From: Kofleriaceae bacterium
GTDB taxonomy: Bacteria > Myxococcota_A > Polyangia > Haliangiales > Haliangiaceae
Reading direction: 5' to 3'
Length of the DNA: 64,000 nucleotides
NCBI GenBank assembly: GCA_015075455.1
Contig: JABTUH010000016.1
Location: 128,001 to 192,000, forward strand
Shown here piece after piece: positions 1 to 11,195 of the stretch. Both the position numbers and the translations under genes were made by a program. The stretch's first letter is position 1, and every line of letters begins with the position of its first letter. Below the pieces are notes generated by a model, which worked only from the letters and a program-made list of their open reading frames with translations, did no database searches and was not told the origin of the DNA.

Positions 1-517
1 CCGAAGTCGAGCAGCTTGACCCGCTCGCCGCCGGCGACCTCGACGTCGGGGACCAGGAAGACGTTGTCGGGAGGAGATCGCGGTGGACGATGCCGGTGGC
101 GTGGGCGGCCGCCAGCGCGTCGGCGATCTGACGACCCAGGTGGAGCGCGGTCGCCACGGGCAGGCGACCGACGCGGCGCAGGCGCGAGGCCAGCGGCTCG
201 CCGTCCATCAGCTCCATGACGATGTAGGCCCGACCGTCGTCCTCGCCAGCCGAAGTCGTAGATCTCGACGATGCTCGGGTGCTTGATCGCGCTCGCCGCC
301 CGGGCCCTCGTTGAAGAAGCGCTGCACGATCGGCTCGTTCTTCGACAGCTCGGCCAGCAGCACCTTGATCGCGGCGCGCCGCCCCAGCAGGGTGTGGGCG
401 GCGGCGCCGGACCGCGCCCATGCCGCGGCGGCCCAGCTCGCGCGGCCGCGATACGCCCCGGGCGTCGCCCGATCGCGATCCGACGATACAACGCCCAGCC
501 ATCGCGGGGCCCGCCAT
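1..517 (-). pseudogene. Hanks-type Ser/Thr protein kinase, N-terminal catalytic domain (partial; continues past window start). Reading across frames recovers AIKVL, HRDLLPDN and DFG motifs. At least 2 frameshifts.
   Basis: Reverse-strand translation gives [22 protein letters not shown]..., [76 protein letters not shown], split over 3 frames. The candidate ATG at 517 lies 10 bp downstream of the EEP gene stop. Confidence 0.6.
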
Positions 518-526
518 CGCCGGACT

Positions 527-1456
527 TCAGGGCGTCGGGATCGAGATCACCACGGGGAGGTGATCGGAGACGTTGGGGTCGTAGCGCGGGAGCTGGGCGT
601 CGAGGGGCGGGCTGACGGCGCGGGCGGCGCCCAGCTCGTCGGCGAGCCCGGCGCTGGTGACGACGTGATCGATCACCCGGCCGCCGGGGAGGAACGTGGC
701 CTCGCCGGCGGCGGCCGCCTCCGCGGTGCGGAAGCGGTAGCGCTCGGGGGCGGCGAGCATCGGCGCCAGCACCGCCATCCCGGCGGTGGTGGTCAGCACG
801 CTCGTTGAAGTCGCCGAGCACGATCACCTCGTCCTCGCCGCCGCCGTCGACCTGGGCGCGGACGTGGGCCTCGAGCTGGCGCATCGCCGCCGCCCGGCGC
901 TCGCCGTCGTCGCTGGCGGTCCCGGCCTTGAGGCGACGCCGATGGCGTCGAACGCGAGCGCGCCGGCGGTGACCCGGACTGCGGCGGGCGGGGGAAGGGC
1001 GTAGGTCTCGCCGACGAACAAGAGCTCGGGCTGGCCGAGGACGACCCGATCGGGGCGGTAGAGGACGCCGAGCTTCTGGTACTCGGTGGGCGGTAGCGGT
1101 GCGACGACAGCACGCCGTCGTGATCGGATTCCCGCCGCTCGACCAGCTCGTCCCAGGCGACGACCGAGGCCACCTCCTGGACCACCACGACGTCGAGGTC
1201 GAGGCTCGTGATGCGCCATCGGCGACCAGCCCGATCGTGCGCGACGTCCTGCGGGGAAGTTCTCCAGGTTCCAGCAGGCGACGTCGAGGGTGGTCGCGCT
1301 GCCACCGCCGGCACCGTCAGTCGGCGCGTGGCGCCGGCCAGCCGTCGAGCCCGGCGTCGACGCGGGGCGGCGTCGGTGCCGGATCGCAGGCGCCGGCCGT
1401 GACGGCGAGGCCGACGAGGACGAGGGCGCGACCGTCGCCGTCTCCCCGGGTCGCAC
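527..1456 (-). pseudogene. Endonuclease/exonuclease/phosphatase (EEP) family protein. Several frameshifts and an in-frame TGA at 824-826.
   Basis: Motifs LDVACWNLENF (frame A), LDLDVVVVQEV...WDELV (frame B) and a C-terminal SDHLPVVISI (ORF 527..799), all typical of the EEP fold. ORFs 824..1456 and 527..799 share a frame but are separated by a stop codon. Confidence 0.6.
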
Positions 1457-1599
1457 GGACCACGACCCGTGTCACCGCTCGCCGACCGGCCGACGCGGAG
1501 CCGGGCTCGACACGCGAGGCCCGAGGGCCCGAGACCTCGGCGACGTCGCCCCTGCCGCTGCTCGGCGCGCGGGGAGTCGGGGCCGAGCGCGGATCCGCT

Positions 1600-2035
1600 C
1601 CGAGCCGAGATCGGGCCGGCCCGGACCCGGATCCGAACCCCGACCCGTCCGATCCCTGCGCCGAACCCGCGAGTCGGATCCGAGCCCGAGTCCGGATCCG
1701 AACCCGAACCCGAACCCGAACCCGAGTCCGGATCCGAGCGCCGTCGATCCGAGTCGATCCGAGCCGGAGCTCGAGTCGCGATCCGGTGCCCGAGTCTGAG
1801 TCCGGATCCCGACCCCGAACCCGCGCGATATCCGAACCGCGAGCCCGACGTCCGACCGCGAGCCCGAGCCCGATCCGGATCCGCTCCGAAAGCGATCCGC
1901 GGGAGTCAGGATCCGAACCATGAGCGCCGAGTCGAGCCCTCGAGTCCAGCGGCCGGATCCGGATGGGCCGGCACTGCCGAGTCCGGATCGGCAGAGGCGG
2001 ATCCGAACCCGAGTCCGGATCCGGCACCCGCAGGT
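1600..2035. repeat. Hexanucleotide-periodic GC-rich low-complexity tract, (CCGARC / GNCCGA)n. It would encode PEPEPE / GSGLGFGFG-type peptides if translated.
   Basis: Direct reading: ccgaacccgaacccgaacccgaacccgagtccggatccgag... with period 6 over ~400 bp. A similar tract occurs at 18740-18905. Confidence 0.7.
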
Positions 2036-2149
2036 CGCCGTCCGAGCCCGCGACGCCACCGGCGGCAGCTCCCCGCGCGCGCACGATCGCCCGCGCCAGC
2101 CGCCGCCGTCCATCGCCGCCGACCGATCCTGGCGCTGCCGCGCGCCGTC

Positions 2150-3720
2150 GCCGCCGGGATAGAGCCCGGCCAGATCGGGGCGAAATAGCGTCGACGGATC
2201 GCGCGGCATCCGGACCCTGCCTCCGCCGCGACTCGACGCCGACCGGCACCCCTCCTCGGAGCCGAAGCCGCGGATGGTGCCCGCGAACGCGCGCAGCGCG
2301 ACGCGCAGCCGCGCGGCCAGGTCGAGGCCGCTGGGTGTCGAGGACCGCCGCGACGTCGCCGCCGGCCAGCCCGGCTGGTGGCCTCGAGCGGGGACCGTCG
2401 ACGAGGCGCCGCGCCGGCGACGAAGTCGGTGACCCGGGTGGCCGGCGCCGCCAGCGCGCCGCCGCCGGCGGCGGCCGCCGCCTCCTCGATCCGCGCGTGC
2501 TGCAGCGCGACCCAGGCCAGCGGCCCGGCGGCCCAGCGCCGCGCCAGGCGTCGGCGAGCGAGCGACTGCCCGACCACCAGGCCGGAGCCGAACGGCGAGT
2601 CGCGGCGCGACAGGCTCCAGCCGTTGACCACCACCCCTCGGGCTCGGTCGCCGCCGGCACGATCCACCCGCCCGGGCACATGCAGAACGAGAACACGCCG
2701 CGCCGTCCTCCGTCGCCGTCGCCTGGTGGACCAGCCTGCCGGGCCGCGGCCCGCAGCCGCGGGTGGCCGGCGCCGCGGCCGTACTGGGCCTGATCGATGA
2801 GCGGAGCGGGTGCTCGACCCGGACCCCGACCGCATCCGGCTTGGCCTCGAGCCCGACCCCGGCCGCCGCCAGCCAGCCCCAGACGTCGCGCGCCGGTGTC
2901 CGGTCGCCACGCACCACCGCTCGCGCCGCCAGCGTCCCGGCCGTCCGCCAGCCGGACACCGGCCACCACCGGGCGGCCGCCGCGGCTCGCCACCAGCAGG
3001 CCCTCGGCACGCGCCGGCAGCTCGAAGCCGACCTCGCACCCGGTCCTCGGCGCTCGCGCAGCGAGGTCGATCACCCGCGGCAGCTTGCCGGAGCCGATGT
3101 GAGGCCGGGCGTCGACCAGGATGTCGGCGGGCGCGCCGTGCACCACCAGCAGCAGCTGATCACGTCGCGGACGTCGCCGCGCTTGTGGGCCCGCGGTGTA
3201 GAGCTTGCCGCCGCTGGCCGTCCGCGCCGCGCTCGCCGAAACAGTAGTTGCTGTCGCGGTCGACGGTGCCGTGCTGGGTCAGGCCCGCAGAGATCGCGCC
3301 GCCGCGCCTGCACCAGCTTGCCGCGGTCGAGGACGATCGAGGCCACGCCGTGGCGCGCCAGCTCGTGGGCACAGAAACAGCCTGCCCGGCGACGGCGCCG
3401 ACGATGATCGATCGCCGCGCGAGCGCGACGTGTCCAGCGGGCCGGTCCCTGCGCGCGGCGGCGCGGCCATCGCCGGCGCGCGGACCGCGCGCTTCGAGGT
3501 GGAGCGACCCGGTGGCGCGGGCGTCGATCGCGTCGGCGCCGCATCCGACGGCGGCCGCGCGCGGCGCCGACCTCAGGACGCCTCGGCGTGGCCGAGCCAG
3601 CCCAGGTACGCGAGCGCTCGGAGCGCGCGGCGGTCGGCCAGGTGTGCGCCGGCCAGCGCCGCTCTCGCCCGCTCGATCCGGAGACCCAGCGCGAACGGGC
3701 TTCAACGCGCGGATGCGCCT
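2150..3720 (-). pseudogene. FAD-dependent dehydrogenase (COG2509-like, SFCMCPGG family). Many frameshifts.
   Basis: Reverse-strand fragments in 3 frames match the conserved order of this family: ...AGCFCAHELARHG..IVLDRGK (FAD-binding GxGxxG region), SNYCFGERGADG, LPRVIDLAARAPRTGCEVGFE, VWGWLAAAGVGLEAKPDAVGVRVEHP, FSFCMCPGGWIVPAATEPEG, VVNGWSLSRRDSPFGSGLVVG, RVTDFVAG. Confidence 0.55.
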
Positions 3721-4299
3721 CGAGCGCGCGCGCCGCCGGTAGTGCCACGCGTCCATGCCGACCGGGGCCGGCGCCGCGGTCGCCGGCACTCGCGCGCACT
3801 GGGTGGTCGATCTGCGACGGGCGCCGCCCATGCCGCGCGGCGCCGACGCGCCGAGCGTCGGACCGGCGGCGCGCGCCACGTCGCCAGGCGCGCCGCCGAC
3901 GCTCCGGCAAGCGCGGCGGCCCGGGCCTCGCGGCGTCGCAGCCGGGCGGCGATGGCCGCAGGCGGCGGAGAACCCGACGGCGCCGATGCGTACCTCGGGC
4001 ATCGACGGCAGAATGGGCCGACAGGCTCGCGCAGGCGCGGCAGCGATGTGGAGCGGGCGGGCGGCGACGACGCTTCAGCCAAGCGCCAGCGCTCGGAGTC
4101 CGACCGCCGTGATCGCTTCGCCGGCGACCGTCGCTCGGCTCGCGCGCCGAGCACGTGCGGGCGAATCGTGCAGGAGATGCGCAGACGCCGCGCGCCGGCC
4201 GATCGCTCAATGGCCGACCGCGACACGCCAGCCGCGCTCGCGCTCGCCGGCGCGCGCCGACCGGCGGATGGGCTCAGGCGTCGACCGGCGGCGATGACG

Positions 4300-4573
4300 C
4301 TCGCGTCGATCGACCGCGTGCGGAACGCGGTCGGTCGAAGGGCTCCTGCGAGCGGCCGACTGGCGTTCGATGGGCGGGAATCGGCGGCGCGTGGGTTCGC
4401 CGACTCGCTGCGCTCGCGCCGCAGCGCCGACCGGCGTCAGGCCGACCGGAGAGACGGGCTCGCCGACTCGTTTCCCGCGAGCGACCGCGGTCGGTGAAGG
4501 GCTCGGCCGCCCGGAGAGACTGGCTCGCCGCTCGTTTCTCGCGATCGCCGGCCGCGGTCGGCTGAAGGGTTCA
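4300..4573. repeat. Imperfect tandem/dispersed ~66-bp repeat units (CGCGGTCGGTSGAAGGGCTC ... GGAGAGACKGGCTCGCCGMCTCGTTTCYCGCGA) immediately 3' of the PhzF-family gene.
   Basis: Units at ~4441-4505 and 4506-4573 are near-identical. A degenerate copy lies at 4320-4440. Spacing is irregular, so this is not CRISPR-like. Confidence 0.55.
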
Positions 4574-5380
4574 GGCCAAGCGCAGCTCGCCGCGCGCGAC
4601 CAGCACGCCGTGGCCACCGAGGCGCACGCGGTCGCCGGCCACGGTGACCGCCAGCTCGCCGCCGCGGCGGCTGACCTGGCGCGCCGCCAGCGTGGTCCGC
4701 CCCAGCCGCGCCGCCCAGTACGGCCCGAGGGTGCAGTGGGCGGAGCCGGTGACCGGATCCTCGTCGACGCCGTGCTGGGGGGTGAAGTAGCGCGACACCA
4801 GGTCGACGTCGCCGTCGCGATCGCCGGCGCCGGGCGCGGTGACGATCAGGCCGGTCGGCAGCGCGCCGACCCGCCGCAGCTCGGGGGCGAGGGCGCGGAC
4901 GGCGGCGGCGTCGGCGACCACCGCCATCAGGCTTGCGCGACCGCCACAGCTCGACCACCGGCACGCCGATCGCCTCGGCCACCGCCGCCACCAGCGCCGG
5001 GTCGGCGACCGGCTCGGCGACCCGCGCCGGCAGATCGAGCACCAGCCGCTCGCCGTCGCGCTCGACCTCGAGCGGGCCGCTGCGGGTCGCGAAGCGGACG
5101 CGCGTCGTCCCGTGGCTCGACCTCGTCCATCCACACCAGGGCGCTGGCCAGGGCCGCGTGACCGCACAGGTCGACCTCGGTGGTGGGGGTGAGCCAGCGC
5201 AGGCGGAGGCCGTCGGCCTCGCGCATGACGAACGCGGTCTCCGACAGCGCCAGCTCGCCGGCGATCTGCTGCAGGAGCTCGTCGGCGCGGCCCGCGAGCG
5301 GGATGACCGCCGCCGGGTTGCCGGCGAACGATGCGGGTGGTGAAGGCGTCGACGACGTAGTACGGCAGCGTGCGGGGCAT
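4571..5380 (-). pseudogene. PhzF-family phenazine-biosynthesis-like isomerase. At least 3 frameshifts.
   Basis: MPRTLPYYVVDAFT (start 5380, frame 1). FAGNPAAVIPLAGRADELLQQIAGELALSETAFVMREADGLRLRWLTPTTEVDLCGHAALASALVWMDEV (frame 2). C-terminal LVSRYFTPQHGVDEDPVTGSAHCTLGPYWAARLG...ELAVTVAGDRVRLGGHGVLVARGELRL. Confidence 0.65.
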
Positions 5381-5489
5381 GGGCCCTCGAGGTGGGCGCG
5401 CGGGCGGAGCGCGGCGGCGGCGCCCCGCGCTCGCGGGGCCAGGCGCTGGCGCGGGCGGCGCGCTGGCCGCGGGCGAGCTGATCGTGGGC

Positions 5490-6907
5490 GAGGTGGGCGA
5501 GCAGGTCCGAGGGCGCCCGTCACCCGCGGCGTCAGCGGCGCGCCGCACGACAGGCGCACGCAGCTCGCGCCAGCGCTGCTGGCGGGCCGAGAAGATGGGG
5601 CCGGGGGCGATCGCGACGCCGAATTCGCCAGCGCCCGCTCCTGCAGGGTCAGGGCGTCGACCGCCGGCGGCAGCTCGACCCACAGGACGAAGCCGCCGCG
5701 CGGCGCGGACATACCCGCGTGCCCTCGGGGAAGCGGGCGAGGACCGCGTCGCGGTACGTGGCGACCTGGCCGGCGACGGCGTGGCGCAGCCGGCGGAGGT
5801 GGCGATCGTAGCCGCCCGAGGCCAGCATCTCGGCGACCGCCATGCACGGCAGGGTCGGGCATGCCAGCGACATGCGAGAACTTGAGGCGCTCGACGGCGT
5901 CCTGCCAGCGCCCGGCGGCGATCCAGCCCACGCGGTAGCCGGGCGCCAGGGTCTCATCACCGAGCCGCACAGGAGCACCCGCCCGTCGCGGTCGAAGGCC
6001 TTGAGCGGGCGCGGCCGGGTGCCGTCGAAGCACAGGTCGCCGTAGACGTCGTCCTCGATGATCGGCAGGTCGTGGCGCACCGCCAGATCGTAGCGCGCGG
6101 GCGCGGGCGTCGTCGGGCATGACCGAGCCCAGCGGGTTGGCGGCGGTCGGCATGCACACGATGGCGCGGACCGGCGTGGCGCGCAGGGTCGCCGCCAGGG
6201 CGTCGAGATCGAAGCCGGTGCGGGGGTGGGCCGGGACCTCGACGACCTTCATCCCCAGGCCCTCGATCCCCTGCAGGATGCCGAAGTAGGTCGGCGACTG
6301 ACCAGGATGGCGTCGCCCGGCGCGCCACCGCGCGCAGGCCGAGGGTGATGGCCTCGGTCGCGCCGATCGTGGTCACGAAGTCGTCCGTCGGTGAGCGGCT
6401 GCCCCATGCCACCGACCGCCGCGCCAGCGCCCGGCGCAGGGTCGGCAGGCCGGGCTCGCGCGTCGTCGCGCGCGCCCAGCGTCGAGACCTCACGCGCCAG
6501 CGCCGCCGCGATCCGGTTGAGCGCCGCCACCCGCAGGGTCGCCGGGTCGAGGTAGGCCGCGGCCAGCGGCACGACGCCGGATCGCGCAACGCGGCGATCA
6601 GCCGCCCGACGCCGTCGGACACCGCCGGCCGGGTCGCGGTCATCGCCGCCCGCGGCGGCCGCGGCGTCGCGAGCTCCGCCGCCTTGCGGCGGACGAAGAA
6701 CCCCGACTTCGGCCGGGCCTCGACCAGCCCGGCGCCCTCGAGCACGCCGTAGGCCTGGCCCACGGTCGCGACGCTGACGTCGCGATCCTCGGCCAGCCGC
6801 CGCACCGACGGCATGCGCTCGCCGGGCCTGAGCGCGCCGCGCTCGATCGCGTCGCCGAGCTCGGCGGCGAGCTGCTCGTAGAGAAAGTCGGTGGCGGCGC
6901 CGGGCAC
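5490..6907 (-). pseudogene. MocR-type regulator: GntR-family HTH fused to an aminotransferase (class I/II) domain. At least 3 frameshifts.
   Basis: N-terminal HTH MPSVRRLAEDRDVSVATVGQAYGVLEGAGLVEARPKSGFFV. Then LPLAAAYLDPATLRVAALNRIAAAL, DLPIIEDDVYGDLCFDG, RVLLCGS, LAPGYRVGWIAAGRW, GGFVLWVELP, in alternating frames. Divergent from the EamA gene. Confidence 0.65.
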
Positions 6908-7079
6908 GGCGGGACGAATTGTACCTGTCGCCTGGTGGCTCGACCATCACAGTCGTGTGGTCGGCGGGCGGTTCACTGTACTGGCTCATATTTCCACTCC
7001 TCTCTTCTGTGCTGGTCCGGGTCGTTCGCTCTGTCGCTGGGCGACGGGCGGCGGCGTGCCGTGCTTGCTCGCCGTGCCC

Positions 7080-7997
7080 CCCGCCGCCGCCGGTCCGCTG
7101 CCCGTCGAGACCTCACCCGTGCCCGCCCTCGGCGACCGTCGCCTGGCGCTGTTCGCCGCCCTGGCCGCGGTCTACGTGATCTGGGGCTCGACCTACCTGG
7201 TGATGCGGATCGCGGTCGAGACCCTGCCGCCGCTGCTCATGGGCGCGGTCCGGTTCTCGATCGCGGGCGCGATCCTCCTGGTGATCGCGGCGGCTCGCGG
7301 CGCCGCGTGGCCGACGGCGCGGCAGTGGCTGCTCGCGCTGCCGGTGGGCGCGCTCCTGTTCGTCGGCGGCAACGGCCTGGTGGCGATCGCCGAGACTGGA
7401 GGTCAGCTCGGGGGCGGCGGCGCTGGTGTGCGCGACGATGCCGCTGTGGATGGCGGTGTTCGCGGCGATCGCCGGCGAGCGCCCCACCGCCCGCGAGTGG
7501 CTGGGCGTCGCCGTCGGCATCGGCGGCGTCGCCGTGCTGGTGTCGGGCGCCGAGCTGTCGGCGGCGCCGGCGGCGGCGGCGGTCCGCCGCCGGGGCGCCG
7601 GTGGCGTGGGCGCTGGGCTCGCTGCTCGCCCGCCGCCTGCCGCTGGCCACCGGGCTGATGGCGGCCGCCAGCCAGCAGCTCGCCGGCGGCGTCGCCCTCG
7701 CCGCCGCGTCGGCCTGATCCGCGGCGAGCGGCTGCCCACGAGCTGGACCTTCGACGCGCTGTGGTCGGTGGCGTACCTCATCGTCCTCGGCTCGCTGGTG
7801 GCCTTCACCGCGTACTCGTGGTTGCTCTCGCAACGCGCGGCCGGCGGTGGCCACCAGCCGATCGTTCGTCAATCCGCCGCTGGCGGTGCTGCTGGGCGCG
7901 CTGCTCGGCGCCGAGCGCGGTCGGGGCCGCCACGCTGATCGCGACGCCGCTGATGGTGATCGCGGCGGTGGCGCTGGTGGTCAGCGGGAAGCGCTGA
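7080..7997 (+). pseudogene. EamA/DMT-family (drug/metabolite) transporter. At least 4 frameshifts.
   Basis: Hydrophobic segments: LALFAALAAVYVIWGSTYLVMRIAVETLPPLLMGAVRFSIAGAILLVIAAARG, PLWMAVFAAIAGERPTAREWLGVAVGIGGVAVLV, WTFDALWSVAYLIVLGSLVAFTAYSWLL, FVNPPLAVLLGALLGAER, ATLIATPLMVIAAVALVVSGKR. They are spread over 3 frames. The start is uncertain. Confidence 0.55.
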
Positions 7998-8059
7998 CGG
8001 GCGCGGGTCAGGCCGGCGGGCCGGGCGTCGCGGCGCGGGCGACCTCGGCGCGGGCGGCC

Positions 8060-8890
8060 TCGGCGCGGGCGAGGCCTCGCCGGCGAGGTGGTAGTTGTCG
8101 TTGCGGTCGGGGTGGAAGTCGCGGCGCAGGTACTCGCGGATGCCGCGCGCGAACACGCGCTGGAAGACGGGCCGCGGCGTGCGGACCCCGGCGGCGGCCG
8201 CGGCCTGGCGCATCGCGCGCAGCCGGCGCACCGCCGCGACGGGGCCGATGCCGTCCTGGCGCAGCAGCATGAGCGCGCGCCACCGCCCACCACGTCGACA
8301 GCATCACGGTCGCCACCGCCAGGCCGGCGACGCGCCGCGCGTACGACGGGTCGACCGCCTGCAGCACGTCGAACGCCACCGACTTGTGCTCGAGCTCCTC
8401 GGCGGCGTGCCACAGGGAGCAGCTCGCGCATCGCCGGGGGACGAGGTCGTACGGCATCTCGGTGGCCGCGCCCTCGGCCATGATCGCCGTGAAGTGCTCG
8501 GCGGCGGCGGTGGCGGCCAGGCGCAGCTCCGGCGACTGCAGCTTCTCGAGCCGCGACGTCACCCAGGCGTACGCCTTCAGGAAGCGATCGATCTCGAGCC
8601 GTGGGCGCGCGCTTGTGTCGAAGTAGTCCTCGTGGGCGCGGGCGTGGCGTCCTCCTGGTGGCCGAAGCCCTTGATGGCGGCGCGCAGCTCCGGGTCCTCG
8701 ATGCGATCGAGGAAGTGGTAGACCGAGCGCACGAAGAAACGCTCGCCGTGGGGGAACAGCAGGTTCACCCCGCAGGCGATCTGGGTGGGGACCGCGCAGG
8801 CCGCCGAACCAGTGGCGCGGCACCTGCTCGAAGCCGAGGGGTGGCGCTGCGCGGGGTGATGGCGGGCCGGGCCGCTGGGGTTGCCTCCAT
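8060..8890 (-). pseudogene. Metal-dependent hydrolase (PF10118-like). At least 2 frameshifts.
   Basis: NLLFPHGERFFVRSVYHFLDRIEDPELRAAIKGFGHQE. YFDTSARPRLEIDRFLKAYAWVTSRLEKL...WHAAEELEHKSVAFDVLQAVDPSYARRVAGLAVATVMLSTWW. C-terminal VFARGIREYLRRDFHPDRNDNYHLAG. Divergent from the TetR gene. Confidence 0.5.
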
Positions 8891-9017
8891 GACCTCCAGC
8901 CTGGATCTGTATTGCCCCACAAGTCAATCAGATCGGTCAATAGCCGAAAGTTCCTTCGATCGCGGACACTTCCCTGTTCCCTTGCATGGGGCGCGAGGAA
9001 CGCGGTATCGGTTCGGG
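8891..9017. promoter_or_regulatory. Divergent promoter/operator region between the hydrolase and the TetR regulator. Locally AT-richer, with GTCAAT direct repeats (caagtcaatcagatcggtcaatag).
   Basis: Lower-GC island in a 73% GC background. Classic TetR-divergent-target layout. No exact palindrome was found. Confidence 0.35.
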
Positions 9018-9723
9018 ATGGCCGTGATCCGCGGGCCTGTCGCCGCCGCCGCGCCGCCGCCAGCGGCGACGAGCCGGCGCGCCTGCGCCGCCCGCGCCGC
9101 CGGATCCGGCTCGAGAACGACCAGCGCAAGGCCCAGCTCCTCGCGCTGGGCCAGCAGGCGTTCTCCGAGCGCACCTACGACGAGGTGTCGATCGACGACA
9201 TCGCGCGCGCCGCCGGCATCTCCAAGGGCCTCCTCTATCACTACTTCCCGCCGACCAAGCGCGACCTCTACCTCGCCGGCCTGCGCGCCACCGCCGCCGA
9301 TCTGATCGAGCGCACGACCGCGGCGGCCTCCCCCGAGCTGCCGCCGCTCGATCGGATGCGGGCCGGCCTCGACGCCTACCTCGACCACGTCTCGCGCCAG
9401 GCCCGCCCGTTCGTCGCGCTGATGCGCGGCGGCATCGGCTCCGATCCGGAGGTCGTCGGGGTCATCGAGGGGGTGCGGGCGACGTACGTCGAGCACTTCC
9501 TCGACAACGCCGAGGGCACGCCGCTGGCCGGCCTGGCGCTGGCCAACCGGCCGCTGCTGCGGATCGCGGTGCGCGGGTGGATCGGCTTCGTCGAGGCCGC
9601 CAGCCTGGAATGGCTGTCGCGCAAGGACGTCGAGCGGACGACCTGGTGCGCGACCTCCTGGTCGACGCGCTGCTGGCGCCTCGCTGCGGCTGGGCGCGGC
9701 GGCTGGCCCCCGCGCCGAGCTGA
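9018..9723 (+). CDS. TetR/AcrR-family transcriptional regulator. Frameshift near the N-terminus and near the C-terminus.
   Basis: HTH RIRLENDQRKAQLLALGQQAFSERTYDEVSIDDIARAAGISKGLLYHYFPPTKRDLYLAGL. The C-terminus DDLVRDLLVDALLA..* is recovered in another frame, with TGA at 9721. Confidence 0.6.
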
Positions 9724-9739
9724 GCTGCGGCGCGGCGCG

Positions 9740-10290
9740 ACGGTCAACGGCGCTTCGTAGGTGAGGAGCAGGCCCGGCTCGCCGCGGTGGCGGGTCTCGA
9801 TGCACGAGATCCGGGTGAAGCCGGCGCGCTCGGCGACGCGGAGGGAGGCGGTGTTCTGGCCCTCCATCACCGCGATCACGCGGGCGAGCCGGAAGGGCCC
9901 AGGAGCCAGTGGCAGATGCCGTCGACGGCGGCGGTGGCCAGCCCCTGGCGCTGGTGGGCGGGCGATCGGCAGCCGATCTCGGCGGAGGCGGCGTCCACCA
10001 GGCGCACGCCGAGCATCCGACCAGCGCGCCGTCGGCGGCGCGCCTCGATCGCGAGCTGGAACCAGGGGGTCGGGCGCGTCGCACGGCTCGCGCGCGGTCA
10101 TCGCCTGCAGGTCGCGCTCGATCTCGCCCGGATCGACCACGCCCCAGCCCTGGTAGCGGGCCACCTCCGGCAGGCGGCGGCGACCGACCGCCGGGACCTC
10201 CGCCATCGCCAGCCGTCGCAGCCGCACCGGCCCGGCTGCCAGGGGTCGCTCCAGGTCATGGCTGATGGTCGGCCGTCGGGGGCGGACCGC
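9740..10290 (-). pseudogene. GNAT-family N-acetyltransferase (RimJ/RimL-like). At least 2 frameshifts.
   Basis: LRRLAMAEVPAV..LPEVARYQGWGVVDPGEIERDLQAM. Then ...GMLGVRLVDAASAEIGCRSPAHQRQGLATAAVDAICHWLLG and FRLARVIAVMEGQNTASLRVAERAGFTRISCIETRHRGEPGLLLTYEAP. Confidence 0.5.
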
Positions 10291-10422
10291 AACCCGGGGA
10301 CGCCGAGCGAGCGCCGCGCGAACCGCAACCCCGTGGCGGCCACCCGGGCGTGGCCCGGCAACGGACCGTTGCGCCGCCACGCCCTTCCCTGGCGACGACC
10401 GCGGACGCACCATCGCTCCATC

Positions 10423-11121
<699 letters not shown>

Positions 11122-11133
<12 letters not shown>

Positions 11134-11195
11134 GGACGGGACGGCACGGGACGGGACGGCACGGGGAGCGGACGTGCGCGGAGGCGCGGAGGCGC
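11122..11195. repeat. Short tandem repeats in the intergenic region: GACGGGACGGCACGG x2 and CGGAGGCGC x2.
   Basis: Read directly from the sequence. Confidence 0.5.

Noticed and set aside
824-826. In-frame TGA in the EEP gene, considered as selenocysteine or programmed recoding.
   Set aside because: No SECIS-like hairpin and no selenoprotein context. The gene also has multiple frameshifts, so a mutation or sequencing error is far more likely.
4300-4573. Possible CRISPR array (repeated ~20-bp cores with intervening unique sequence).
   Set aside because: Core spacing is irregular (156 bp, then 66 bp). The intervening sequences are themselves repeated, there are only 2-3 units, and no cas genes lie nearby. 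It is better described as an imperfect tandem repeat.
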